64,000 nucleotides of DNA from Thermoproteota archaeon (GCA_030550155.1 JAUQPZ010000002.1:769-64768), one strand, 5' to 3'. Counted from the first letter of the stretch, positions 26,838-36,683 are shown. The notes: a model not told the origin generated them from the letters alone. Made by a program: numbers and translations.

Positions 26838-27017
26838 CTCAGATCCAGCAGACTCTCTAATAGCCCATCTCAGTATTGCGTCCCTCAAACAGGCCTGGCA
26901 TAAGTATCCCCCGAAGATCCTTGCTACACGCTTTCTACTTCTGCCAGAACCTCTCCCGTCTTCAACCCCGCTCAGAGCTCGTTTGCACCAGGCGCACTTT
27001 CTCGGAGCACCACCCAT
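26832..27017 (-). CDS. rpl34e: 50S ribosomal protein L34e-like, short form of 61 aa
   Basis: MGGAPRKCAWCKRALSGV…RSRKRVARIFGGYLCQAC… matches the C-terminal two-thirds of L34e (KCxxCxxxLxGV…RPYGGxLCxxC). The conserved N-terminal RSRSxRRVxTPGGR block is not encoded in any frame upstream; an in-frame TGA lies 6 nt before the ATG. Confidence 0.5.
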   Translation of the reverse strand: MGGAPRKCAWCKRALSGVEDGRGSGRSRKRVARIFGGYLCQACLRDAILRWAIRESAGSES

Positions 27018-27033
27018 CTTCTGTCACCTCGAT

Positions 27034-27501
27034 TTACTTCGCAGCCGGACTACTTATCTTTAGGCTCAAATACTTGTTGATCGGCAGGTTAACAGCGAAG
27101 AAAGTTAAAAGATACCAGCCGAAGAAGCCGATTCTCCCATTTGAGGAGATAAACGGCAGCTCAATTCCCTGAGGAGTGCTTAGAATCGGAGTCTGACCAT
27201 AGAAAGCGTTGGCGAAGAAAAAGAATGTAAAGAATATCACCATCGAGATGAGCATCAAGATCATGTTTTTGCCGAAAATTTTGGCCTGCATCTTTTGCAC
27301 GTACTCTTTCTTTTTCTCAAGCTTCTCAACAGTCTTCATGTCCTTCTCCCTCAGCGCCTTCATGAGCTCACGGTTAAACTTTGTAACCTCCTGCATCGCG
27401 ATCATGTCAGCCTTTGTGAGTATGACTCTTCGGAGGCCTGTGGAGATGAGGGATAATATGACTGAGAATCCTAAAATCTCGAATACGGCGCTCTCAACCA
27501 T
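27034..27501 (-). CDS. DUF106 membrane protein (archaeal Oxa1/YidC/EMC3-like insertase homologue)
   Basis: 155 aa with 3 predicted TM segments and a central basic coiled-coil loop (KALREKDMKTVEKLEKKKEYVQKMQAKIFG). Conserved position next to secY. Confidence 0.65.
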   Translation of the reverse strand: MVESAVFEILGFSVILSLISTGLRRVILTKADMIAMQEVTKFNRELMKALREKDMKTVEKLEKKKEYVQKMQAKIFGKNMILMLISMVIFFTFFFFANAFYGQTPILSTPQGIELPFISSNGRIGFFGWYLLTFFAVNLPINKYLSLKISSPAAK

Positions 27502-27504
27502 CCC

Positions 27505-28935
27505 CTACTCCTCACCCACGAGTCTCGCAATCGCCGGATACATCTCCGCCACACGCTCACGCACGAGTATCTGGTAATATTGATAGAGTATCCCGATCAT
27601 TAGCAGGAGGCCTGTCCCTGTTCCGAATGCGTTTACGTAGTTTGCTACGCTGGCGAGTAAGCCGACAAAAACTGAACCAATAATTGCCACAGTGTTGATG
27701 TATCTCCTGAGAATCGAGGAGATGACCAGCGGGGACCTTCTGAAGCCTGGGACCTGCATCCCCGACGCGATAAGCTGGTCTGCGACTCTTTCTGGGGCGA
27801 GACCGCCCACGGTTATCCAGAATCTGCCAAGTAAGACGCAGAAGACCACCATGAGGCCGACGAAGGACGCGGCCCTAATCGGGTCTGCGGCGGCCTCTGT
27901 AAAGTTTACGGGGCCGAGTGAATAGTATGCAAGTCCGCCTGTAGGTATGGGCTGAGTGGCCCCTTCCTCCAACTTGAACGTGCCTATGAGGTTTAGGAGT
28001 GGGTTAGAGTTGTCGGAGTTGTAGCGTGACCAGACTATCGAGGAGAGGTAGTATATGTTGGTGAAGATCGTCGATGCGAGTATCACGGGGACGTTAGAGA
28101 CGTATAGTAGTTTGATTGGATAGGTTCCTCTGAAACCACTATACCTCGAGTGACTTATCGGTATGTTAACCCTAACGCCCTCTAAGTAGAGCAGCATGAG
28201 TATTATTGCGGTCGTGGAGATAAGTCCAAGGATGTCTCCCCGCTGGGCGACATGCCTTATGAATAGTTGTGATAAGCCGTCGGGCGTTGATAGACCCTGC
28301 ACAACTGCTAAGATGATTCCGTGGAAGTATCCGTCCTGGAGTATTACCGGGGAGAAGAGGTCTGCAAATATCTGACCCGCAACTCCGGCGGCGATGAATA
28401 GGCTTATTCCGCTGCCCAGCCCCCAGCCCTTCTGGACAAGCTCGTCCATAAGCATTATCACTAAAGTGGCTAGGAAGAGCTGGGCGAAGACGAGAAACTG
28501 CACGCTGGACGTGAGTGTGCCGAAGTAGCCTGCGAAAATGTATGCAGCGGCCTGAAATATCGCTATGACCATTGTGAATAATTTGCTTAGGGATGTGAAG
28601 AGTGCTCTGTCCTCGCTTTTCTTCAGGTCCAGCCTCAGAATCTCGGCTCCGACCAGCAGCTGTAGTATGAGGCCGCCGGTAACTATAGGGCCGATGCCCA
28701 GTGTAGTGAGAGTGCCTATGTTTGAGGCGAAGATTATGTTGAGCAGGAGGGGGCTTGCCTGTGTAGGAGAAGTTGAGATGCCGTAGAGGGCTGTGCTGCT
28801 CATCGCCTCGTAAACCACGAGTATGAGCGCAGTCCAGATCAGGCGTTCGCCCAGCGTTAACTTCCTGACAGGCTTAGAGACCTCTGGCAGAATTCTTGAC
28901 AGAACCTCTCGAAAAGTTCTCCTCTCCTCGGACAT
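27505..28935 (-). CDS. secY: Preprotein translocase subunit SecY
   Basis: 476 aa with 10 TM helices and a SecY/Sec61alpha family fingerprint; located in the ribosomal protein cluster. Confidence 0.9.
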   Translation of the reverse strand: MSEERRTFREVLSRILPEVSKPVRKLTLGERLIWTALILVVYEAMSSTALYGISTSPTQASPLLLNIIFASNIGTLTTLGIGPIVTGGLILQLLVGAEILRLDLKKSEDRALFTSLSKLFTMVIAIFQAAAYIFAGYFGTLTSSVQFLVFAQLFLATLVIMLMDELVQKGWGLGSGISLFIAAGVAGQIFADLFSPVILQDGYFHGIILAVVQGLSTPDGLSQLFIRHVAQRGDILGLISTTAIILMLLYLEGVRVNIPISHSRYSGFRGTYPIKLLYVSNVPVILASTIFTNIYYLSSIVWSRYNSDNSNPLLNLIGTFKLEEGATQPIPTGGLAYYSLGPVNFTEAAADPIRAASFVGLMVVFCVLLGRFWITVGGLAPERVADQLIASGMQVPGFRRSPLVISSILRRYINTVAIIGSVFVGLLASVANYVNAFGTGTGLLLMIGILYQYYQILVRERVAEMYPAIARLVGEE

Positions 28936-28939
28936 GCCC

Positions 28940-29374
28940 CTACCCAGCCGCCACTATTAAGGAGTTAGAGGCTGTTATTTTCTCTTCGGCGCTCCTCGTC
29001 CAAGACTTGGCTATGATCTTTACCGGATAGGTGAGCCTGCCGCCTCCCAGGACCTTGTCGTATCCTAAAGAGACGATATCGACGACGATTCTGTCGCCCT
29101 CCTTCTGTCCTTGACCCGACCTGGCCAGCTTCTCGGCTATGTTGGAGATCTGGTTAAGGTTTAGGGCTTTGATCTTTCGAGAGGTGGGTGGGAGGAATCC
29201 TTTTTCACCGAAGTGCTCGGGCTTATACTTTACAATCCATGTCCACTTGTGCTTATGTCCTCCCGCCATGCCTCTGCCGCCTTTGGCTCCGTGCTTCCTG
29301 TGTTGTCCTATCTGCCCCCAACTGTGGGTGCGGGACCCGCGGAGCCTCCGAATTTTTCGAAGCCTAGTCGGCAT
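28940..29374 (-). CDS. rpl15: 50S ribosomal protein L15 (uL15)
   Basis: 144 aa with a Gly/Lys/Arg-rich N-terminus (RKIRRLRGSRTHSWGQIGQHRKHGAKGGRGMAGGHKH) typical of uL15. Confidence 0.85.
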   Translation of the reverse strand: MPTRLRKIRRLRGSRTHSWGQIGQHRKHGAKGGRGMAGGHKHKWTWIVKYKPEHFGEKGFLPPTSRKIKALNLNQISNIAEKLARSGQGQKEGDRIVVDIVSLGYDKVLGGGRLTYPVKIIAKSWTRSAEEKITASNSLIVAAG

Positions 29375-29432
29375 TCATAAACACCTTAATTCATCTTCCA
29401 CAGCCCCGGATATATATCCTCCCGAGATTCTC

Positions 29433-29906
29433 TCAACACATGGCTCTCAGCAGGCCGGCAATCTCTTTTCCCGCATAGCCCAGCACTCCCTTCTGTCCTA
29501 TAGGCCTCTTGGTGCTGCCCTTGAACCCCCCTCTCGGGGGATGCAGCCTAAACGCCGGCTTGAAAAGTCTCCTAACAACCGAAGGCTCAATCTCGCCCCT
29601 GAAGAGTTTCTGGGCAAGCTCCTCCAGGCTGGACACTCCCAGAGCAGAGAGCTCCTCCCCAAAGTTTATCCCAGGATTTGGGTCGCCCCTCTTCAATAAC
29701 TTGGTTATAAGCTCCGGGCAAGGCTCTCCCCAAGTAACATAAGCATTCACCTTCCTCAGCATGCCTCGGACGCTCTCATCGTTGGGCAGAATTACGGCGT
29801 GGTTTATCTTTGTCAGGTTTAACAGCCTCAGGACAAGCTCTGTCTCGGCGCTGAGCTCGCTTGGCCCCCGAATCCTGACAGCCACGAGTACCGATGACTC
29901 CTCCAA
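29433..29906 (-). CDS. rpl30: 50S ribosomal protein L30 (uL30)
   Basis: 157 aa; N-terminal LVAVRIRG…LRLL, the archaeal long uL30 form, between rps5 and rpl15. Confidence 0.85.
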   Translation of the reverse strand: MEESSVLVAVRIRGPSELSAETELVLRLLNLTKINHAVILPNDESVRGMLRKVNAYVTWGEPCPELITKLLKRGDPNPGINFGEELSALGVSSLEELAQKLFRGEIEPSVVRRLFKPAFRLHPPRGGFKGSTKRPIGQKGVLGYAGKEIAGLLRAMC

Positions 29907-29913
29907 GTAAGGC

Positions 29914-30522
29914 TCACCAGGCCTCAGGCAGAACCATGTAGTTTGTCCTCTTCAGAGCGTCGTAGACCGCGCCAGCCATGCTTAGGGACGTCCTAGTCTC
30001 TCCGAAGCTTCTGAGCCAGCAGTCTTGTACCCCCGCCAGCCTGAGCATGATCTTAGCTATGTTGCCTGCGACTAGGCCGAGGCCCCTCGGTGCCGGGAGC
30101 AGCTGAACCTCCACGCTTCCGCACTTCCCCTTAACGGCAACTCTGAGGCTGTGTGATTCTCCGCACGCGCATTCCCAGCTCCCACAACCTCTCTGAATAT
30201 ACATCAGGTTCATCTTAGCCCTGCTGACGGCCCGCTCAATAGCCATGACGACCTGCGCTGATTTCGCTGTTCCCAGCCCCACCAGCCCGTCACCGTTGCC
30301 TACCGCCACTATCGCCTTAAACCTTGACTTTTCACCCGCATCGGTCTGCCTCTGAACCAGCTTGATGTCAATAACCTCCTGCTGAAGGTTGGGCACAAGA
30401 AAATCAACTATCTCCGGCTCCGTTATCCTGTAGTTATTTGCAAACAGCTCCTCGATAGACGTTATCCTGCCCTCCTTCACCAGTCTCCCCACTAGCGTCT
30501 TAGGCTCCCACGCAGTACTCAT
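29914..30522 (-). CDS. rps5: 30S ribosomal protein S5 (uS5)
   Basis: 202 aa with the dsRBD-like N-domain and the S5 C-domain (…IVAVGNGDGLVGLGTAKSAQVVMAIERA…). Confidence 0.9.
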   Translation of the reverse strand: MSTAWEPKTLVGRLVKEGRITSIEELFANNYRITEPEIVDFLVPNLQQEVIDIKLVQRQTDAGEKSRFKAIVAVGNGDGLVGLGTAKSAQVVMAIERAVSRAKMNLMYIQRGCGSWECACGESHSLRVAVKGKCGSVEVQLLPAPRGLGLVAGNIAKIMLRLAGVQDCWLRSFGETRTSLSMAGAVYDALKRTNYMVLPEAW

Positions 30523-30580
30523 CTACTCCACCGTTTAGCCTGAAGCGCCTTAAGAACCTTAATTCTCCCAGAACTTATTT

Positions 30581-32839
30581 CTATGTAGTGGGAGAGAAAC
30601 CCGCCGTCAGCCGGAAAGGGATATACCTGGAGGCGAAATAGATTACATAACCCCCATCCATGAAGGCTGAATACGTGTCGACCTGGAGCTGGACCTGGAG
30701 CGCTGGGACGAGCCATCCGCCCGAGAAGTCCATCACCATCAACGAGTAAAGCACCCTCCTCTTCTCCTCAGCGCTTAGTGACGAGACAACAGACCTCAAC
30801 TCCTTGGCATATTCTCCGCCAAGCCTAACTTGCTCCGAGGTTAATTCTTTAAACCAGACGGGCGACTTCGCCACGACGTAGTCTGCATAGTTCAGAAGCC
30901 TCCTTAACGCCTCGGTGCCAGCGGCTGGATCGTAGCCGTCGACAAAAAGCTCCTTCGACGGGCCTAGCTCGGCTCGTAATTCTATTAGGAGTGGCTCAAG
31001 CCACTCGACCTCGCTGACCGATTTAACGCCTGCTTCCGGAGTTAGAATGTAGACGCCGTCAAAATTCATGACCCTAAGTGTCTCCGAGATTTTGCGGGAG
31101 TATAGCTCTGCGAGGGTAGTGTTGTCGGGTAACACGAGGCCGAACAGCATTCTGTCTTCGCCGTCTATTAAGTGCGAGTTGTCGTTAAACCATGTAGACT
31201 CGTATCCCTGGATCCCGTAAGACACGAGCAAGTCTTTACTCTTCGTAAAGACTCCCAGCAACACCTTCACACCCATTCTTCTGAGACCGCTGACGAGGTT
31301 CTGCAGCTCCGCGTAGGTCCAGCTGCCTGAGTCGATCCTGAATCTAAAGTATCCGGAAACGATCGAGGAGGGCCCTATACTCTCTCGCCTCATCACGAAG
31401 TCCGGGGATAGAGGAATTACTATGTGTGTAGGCTTTGCGATGTTCTGGTATATCTCCTGCGGCATTCTGGTGGCTCCAGGCTGAAAGAGGGAGTCAGGGC
31501 TCTCTAAAATTGCCACTCGGACGGGCTGTTCGGGAAGTCTTACGCCGGCGGGGCTTGGTAATAGGGTGATAACTATCAAGGCCACGATGACTATGCTCGC
31601 CACACCCGCCCTTTCATTCAGCCTCCTCTTCAGGGGGAGCAGGTTGTTAAGGACCAGGAAGAGTTTTACGGATTCCCATCCCGCGATCCCCGCACTAACG
31701 GTGAGCAGGAATCCTCCGAGGCTTGCTTCTAAGAGGCTCAGACTGTAGATCTTGCCCATGTTGGACGGGTCGTAGCCTATGGCGAAGGCGCTCCCTAGAA
31801 TGAAGGCGAGCGCCGCCAGGAGCAAGATGTTGAGCCTCCTCCTAACCTCTGACCCGTATTGCTCATCTCCTCCGGTGTAGGCTGACAGTATGAAGAGAGG
31901 GAGACCCATAACTAGGTATTGGACGTTAACTTTGGGTGAGGTTGCGAGAAACAGCGCGAAAGCGGAGGCCAAAAGATTGACGGGTCCGCCACCTGCGTGA
32001 GGCCTCTTCAAACCTCGATACAAGATAAAAACCATTCCAGCCCCGAATAGGATCCACCCTAACGTGCTTGCATACTCGCCGCCGATAAACATGCCGACGA
32101 GGGCCCAGTAGGTAAACTGGCCAACGTTAGACCTGTGATAGAGAATCTTCCCGAGAAAGCTCTGCAGGTCGCCCATGAATGGCAGAGAGATCAGCAGGAG
32201 GCTGGCAGTGAAGGGTGCGAGGAAGCCGATAATGGCGTGCTTAATGCCTCTCTTCCTCGCCAGCTCAACGAGTATGGGGGGCAGGAGGATGGCGGGGTAG
32301 ACCTTGAAAGACGTGGCTATACTTAGTGAGAGGGCTGAAGCGGTCTCCCTCCCCTCCATCAAAAAGTAGAGCACTAGGAGTGTGAAGAATGCTGGTATAG
32401 CATCGAACATGCCCCAAACACCGGATATGAAGATCGTTAGAGGGTTCATGAGGTAGAGAAGGGCCGCGCTATATGCTTTCTCGGGCTCTAAGCCTAAGCG
32501 CCTTGCCACGAGCCAGAGAAGCAAGCCGCAGAAAACATCCGCGACTATTATTGGAAGCTTCATGAAGAGTATCGTTACCTCTCTGCCTCCTCCCAACGCT
32601 GCTCCGGCATAGTATGCACCTGAGAGGAGATATAGCCAAGGTGGCGGATAGGCGTAGAAACCCCAAGGAAACCCTTCGAGTTGGGGATAGCTGTAAATGT
32701 TGATCTGTTCTCGTAGGAAAAGCTCGGATGTTTTAAACCACACGTAGAGGTCCCATCCGTGGCCTGTAAAAGGGGCAAATGGCAGCCTGACGACGAGGGC
32801 TAAGGCTGCAAACCACGCGAGCCTCCTGCCCAGAGACAA
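30581..32839 (-). CDS. Large polytopic membrane protein (GT-C-like glycosyltransferase candidate) with a C-terminal extracytoplasmic alpha/beta (glycoside-hydrolase-like) domain
   Basis: 752 aa. The first approx. 420 aa are highly hydrophobic with at least 10 TM segments (Pro/Trp/Tyr-rich loops, FPWGFYAYPPPW). The C-terminal approx. 330 aa are soluble-like with alternating beta/alpha character. No STT3 WWDYG motif. Confidence 0.45.
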   Translation of the reverse strand: MSLGRRLAWFAALALVVRLPFAPFTGHGWDLYVWFKTSELFLREQINIYSYPQLEGFPWGFYAYPPPWLYLLSGAYYAGAALGGGREVTILFMKLPIIVADVFCGLLLWLVARRLGLEPEKAYSAALLYLMNPLTIFISGVWGMFDAIPAFFTLLVLYFLMEGRETASALSLSIATSFKVYPAILLPPILVELARKRGIKHAIIGFLAPFTASLLLISLPFMGDLQSFLGKILYHRSNVGQFTYWALVGMFIGGEYASTLGWILFGAGMVFILYRGLKRPHAGGGPVNLLASAFALFLATSPKVNVQYLVMGLPLFILSAYTGGDEQYGSEVRRRLNILLLAALAFILGSAFAIGYDPSNMGKIYSLSLLEASLGGFLLTVSAGIAGWESVKLFLVLNNLLPLKRRLNERAGVASIVIVALIVITLLPSPAGVRLPEQPVRVAILESPDSLFQPGATRMPQEIYQNIAKPTHIVIPLSPDFVMRRESIGPSSIVSGYFRFRIDSGSWTYAELQNLVSGLRRMGVKVLLGVFTKSKDLLVSYGIQGYESTWFNDNSHLIDGEDRMLFGLVLPDNTTLAELYSRKISETLRVMNFDGVYILTPEAGVKSVSEVEWLEPLLIELRAELGPSKELFVDGYDPAAGTEALRRLLNYADYVVAKSPVWFKELTSEQVRLGGEYAKELRSVVSSLSAEEKRRVLYSLMVMDFSGGWLVPALQVQLQVDTYSAFMDGGYVIYFASRYIPFRLTAGFSPTT

Positions 32840-32931
32840 ACTGACATTACAATCCCGAAGCAGATATATTTAAGTTGATTTTCCCCGGAGAAGGGAAATG
32901 CTAATACACAGTGGGCGACAAGTTTGCATAG

Positions 32932-35457
32932 ATGCAGTTGAGCCTAGACGAGCACCTGAAACCAGACTGCAGACTGCTACTTCTATCCTCGGGCTACGAC
33001 GGCGAAAAGGGACAGGCCTACCTCAAACTCATGCGGGAAGATACCGGAAAAGTGGAAGTCTTATACGATAATACAGGCCACCAACCATATTGTTACAGCG
33101 ACCTAAACGCTTCAGAAATTTTGGAGAGCCTAAAAGACATCTCAGACAGCATCTTATCCATCGATGATGAGGAGAAGTTTGACGCACTTCGGTTGAGAAA
33201 TGTGAGGCTATCCAAGATCGTGGTTAAGGACCCCCTCACGGTAGGTGGTAGGAAGAACTCCATCAGGGAGCGAATTAAGACATGGGAGTCAGACATACCT
33301 TATCACTTGAACTATCTCTTCGACCGGGGACTTATCTGCGGTATGATATACACCATGTCAGACGGAGAACTGAAACCAGTCATACCTGAGGCTGCTGAGC
33401 TCCAGAAGCTCGCTTCGCAGCTCCGGAAAATCGAAATAAGCGACCTAGACGAGATTTTAAAGTGGCTTGAGATATTAGAGTCTGGACAGTTAGACCCTCC
33501 CTACTGTGCACTTGACATAGAAGTGTTTAGCCCAGTCGCTACAAGGCTTCCAGACCCATCCAAGGCGGAAGACCCTGTGATCGCGGTATCTATGCGTGGG
33601 TCAGACGGGAGAAAAGAGGTCTTCATGCTGAGAAGAGGAGACACCGCAATCGAGACCGCAGGCTTCGATTTCAAGGTTTCCATCTACGACTCAGAGAAAA
33701 AGATGCTCGAAGACGTCTTCGACGCTCTCTCAAACTACGCAATAATAGCCACATTCAACGGCGACCAATTCGACCTGCCTTATCTTCACAACCGCGCCAA
33801 GAGGCTCGAGGTTGGTAAGGATAAGAATCGGATCGTGGTGGGAAGGGAAGGAGCAACATTCACCAACGCCGCCCACGTAGACCTCTACAGCTTCTTCCTT
33901 AACAGGTCGATTCAAATTTACGCGTTCGACAACAAATACAGAGAATACACCTTAGACGCAATCTCCCAGTCTCTCTTAGGTAAAGGCAAAATCTCGGTAG
34001 AGAGGCCCATCTCCGAGCTCTCTCCCAGGGAGCTCGCCGCTTACAGCTATGGGGACGCCCTGCTGGTATACGAGCTTTTATCGAATAACGAGCGACTAAT
34101 CATCCGGCTGATACTTGTCCTCTGCCGAATCAGCAGGCTGCCAGTCGAGGATCTCTGTAGACACGGCGTCTCGGGATGGATTAAGAACCTTCTATACTAT
34201 GAACATAGGAGGAGGGGCTGGCTAATTCCTAGATCAGAAGAAATATTGCAGGAGAAGGGGATGACTACGACGAAAGCGATCATAGAGGGGAAGAAGTATA
34301 GGGGTGCTATCGTCGTTGACCCGATTCCCGGAATACATTTCAGCGTCAAAGTGCTTGACTTCGCCTCACTTTACCCCTCAGCTCTTAAGAGGTGGAATCT
34401 TAGCTACGAGACTGTCAGGTGTCTCCACGCTGAATGTAGGTCGAACATAATTCCAGAGACAGGGCACTGGGTCTGCACGAAAAGGAGAGGGCTTCAGAGC
34501 CAGATTATAGGGTCTCTGAGAGATATCAGAGTCGGCATCTATAAGCCTAGGAGCTCAGACGCCGCGATCCCGCGCGAAAAGAGGATCTGGTATGACGTGG
34601 TGCAGAAGGCTCTCAAAGTATTTCTGAATGCAAGCTACGGCGTCTTCGGGTTTGAAGAGTTCCCTCTGTATTGTCCGCCTCTAGCCGAGAGCACGGCTGC
34701 CATCGGTCGATATGTCTTCTCTCAAGCAATCGAAAAAGTCAGGACGCTGGGAGGCACAATAATCTATGGAGACACTGACTCCCTTTTCCTTAAGGGCGCG
34801 GATGAAGAGCTTCTGAGAGCCCTCATCAACTGGGCGGGCGAGGAATTAGGCCTTGACCTCGAAGTGGATAAGGAGTACGTATACATTGTCCTGTCTCAGC
34901 GGAAGAAGAACTATCTAGGCCTCACCAGTAAAGGCGTAGTAGATGTTAAGGGACTGACGGGTAAAAAGAGACACATATTCAGCCTCGCACACCGACTCTT
35001 CGAACAGATGATCGAGGATCTCAAACAGATTAAGCACCCCGACGACTTCGAGCGATTCAAGGCGGACCTGGTGAAGCTCATCAGGGACAGCTACAACACC
35101 TTGATAAACCGGGAGTTCGAGGTCTCGGACCTCGCCTTCAGCGTGATGTTGTCTAAATCTCCAGAGCAATACACAAAGACGACGCCTCCCCATGTCAAGG
35201 CTGCGCAGAAGCTGGCCGCGATAGGGGTTAAGGTAGGCTCAGGAGACATAATACAGTATGTCAAGACAAAGGACAGGCTGGGTGTCACGCCTCTTCACCC
35301 GAGAATAGAGATTAACAAGAACCAAGTTGATGTTGAGGCCTACGTTGAGTATCTCAAGGGCGTCTTCCAGCAGGTTCTGGACAGCCTGGACATGGATTTC
35401 GACGAGATTGTGAGCAGCGGTAGGTCTGTGAAGAGGACTCTGGACGAGTTCCTTTAA
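32932..35457 (+). CDS. polB: DNA polymerase, family B
   Basis: 841 aa. Exonuclease motifs in the N-terminal half; polymerase motif A (DFASLYPS) and motif C (YGDTDSLF). Confidence 0.9.
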   Translation: MQLSLDEHLKPDCRLLLLSSGYDGEKGQAYLKLMREDTGKVEVLYDNTGHQPYCYSDLNASEILESLKDISDSILSIDDEEKFDALRLRNVRLSKIVVKDPLTVGGRKNSIRERIKTWESDIPYHLNYLFDRGLICGMIYTMSDGELKPVIPEAAELQKLASQLRKIEISDLDEILKWLEILESGQLDPPYCALDIEVFSPVATRLPDPSKAEDPVIAVSMRGSDGRKEVFMLRRGDTAIETAGFDFKVSIYDSEKKMLEDVFDALSNYAIIATFNGDQFDLPYLHNRAKRLEVGKDKNRIVVGREGATFTNAAHVDLYSFFLNRSIQIYAFDNKYREYTLDAISQSLLGKGKISVERPISELSPRELAAYSYGDALLVYELLSNNERLIIRLILVLCRISRLPVEDLCRHGVSGWIKNLLYYEHRRRGWLIPRSEEILQEKGMTTTKAIIEGKKYRGAIVVDPIPGIHFSVKVLDFASLYPSALKRWNLSYETVRCLHAECRSNIIPETGHWVCTKRRGLQSQIIGSLRDIRVGIYKPRSSDAAIPREKRIWYDVVQKALKVFLNASYGVFGFEEFPLYCPPLAESTAAIGRYVFSQAIEKVRTLGGTIIYGDTDSLFLKGADEELLRALINWAGEELGLDLEVDKEYVYIVLSQRKKNYLGLTSKGVVDVKGLTGKKRHIFSLAHRLFEQMIEDLKQIKHPDDFERFKADLVKLIRDSYNTLINREFEVSDLAFSVMLSKSPEQYTKTTPPHVKAAQKLAAIGVKVGSGDIIQYVKTKDRLGVTPLHPRIEINKNQVDVEAYVEYLKGVFQQVLDSLDMDFDEIVSSGRSVKRTLDEFL

Positions 35458-36683
35458 CCCCCCCTCTTGGCCGCAGAGACGATAGAGATAACGTCGCCGG
35501 GCTTCAACACATAGTCGGCCGCGAGTTTGAGCTTTGTTCTGGCGTCGATTGCGTAGAGGTAGCCCTCTCCGAGCTCCGTGTGTATCTTATAGGCCAATTC
35601 TCGTGGACCCGAGCCGGGCTTGAGGAGGTAAACATCCGGCAGGACGTTTCCGTTCCTATCAGACAGCCTGGTCGGGTCCTCGACGGGGAAAACCGGTACA
35701 TATCCCAGAACCTCCAAGTAAACCTTGTCAATCAGGTTTTGCACCCCTGTCCCTTGATTCTTTTCCATGAACGCTGCAATCCTTTCGAGAGCCCTTCTTT
35801 GCATCTGTGTAAGCCTCGACTCATCGACCATTGTAAACGTCTTATCGCCCGGCCTATACCTTATGTAACCCCTCTCCGCTGCGATTCTGAGAGTTCTCTC
35901 AGCCTCTGCGCTGCAAGGTATCGTATCGTATCCTGCATCCATAAGCCTCTTGATCCCTCTCTGGGCTGTGGGCATGTCGGCCTTGTTTGCGGCAACGATT
36001 AGAGGCTTTGCTAAGGACCGTAGCTCGCTGACAAACCTTCTTAGCTCGTCCTGCTTCCAAGCTGTTGGGTGTGACGGGTTAAGCTCAGACCTGTTTATGG
36101 CTGACTCGACATGTATCTTCTCTATTCCAAGGCCAGAGAATATCCTTGTGACCTCATCTTCGAGTGTTGCCTGTTTCGCCTCTGCAGCCCTCGCAATTCT
36201 CGGCCAATCTTTAGAGATTATTCCGAGCAGCCACTCAGACAACTCTCTCTCAACAAGCCTAACATCCTCTACCGGGTCCTGTGTGCCTGGCTCAACTAAG
36301 TTCCCCTCAATATCTGTTCCACCAGACGCGTCGGCAACTACGATTAGAGAGCTAGCCTGCCTAATCTCGTCGAGAAACTGCAATCCCAGCCCTCTTCCGA
36401 GATGGGCCTGAGGCACGATTCCGGGGCAATCAATAATCTGGATGGGGATAAGCCTTACGCCGTCTATGCAGAGAGAGTTCTTGGGATTGTCTTTAACGCC
36501 AAGTGATTTGCATACGCAATTAAACCTCAGATAAGTTACTCCTCTGTTTGGCTTTTTTGTGGTGAAGGGATAATTAGCGATTGGGACATCGACCAATGTG
36601 AGGGCTGAGAAGAGTGTGCTTTTGCCTACGTTGGGCTTTCCAACCAGACCAGCTAACTCCATCCACGTTGCAACTATACTCAC
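35454..36683 (-). CDS. Obg-like ATPase / GTP-binding protein, YchF-OLA1 family, with a C-terminal TGS domain
   Basis: G1 GLVGKPNVGKSTLFSALT, ANYPFTT, G3 DCPG, G4 NKAD; the C-terminal TGS-like beta-grasp ends …DVISIVSA. Confidence 0.7.
   Translation of the reverse strand: MSIVATWMELAGLVGKPNVGKSTLFSALTLVDVPIANYPFTTKKPNRGVTYLRFNCVCKSLGVKDNPKNSLCIDGVRLIPIQIIDCPGIVPQAHLGRGLGLQFLDEIRQASSLIVVADASGGTDIEGNLVEPGTQDPVEDVRLVERELSEWLLGIISKDWPRIARAAEAKQATLEDEVTRIFSGLGIEKIHVESAINRSELNPSHPTAWKQDELRRFVSELRSLAKPLIVAANKADMPTAQRGIKRLMDAGYDTIPCSAEAERTLRIAAERGYIRYRPGDKTFTMVDESRLTQMQRRALERIAAFMEKNQGTGVQNLIDKVYLEVLGYVPVFPVEDPTRLSDRNGNVLPDVYLLKPGSGPRELAYKIHTELGEGYLYAIDARTKLKLAADYVLKPGDVISIVSAAKRGG

Noticed and set aside
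26876-27172. 98-aa plus-strand ORF across the rpl34e/DUF106 region
   Set aside because: It is antisense to two conserved genes and has no motif support.
30519-30716. 65-aa minus-strand ORF between rps5 and the large membrane protein
   Set aside because: It overlaps the 5' end of the 752-aa membrane protein gene in another frame and has no start or promoter context of its own.
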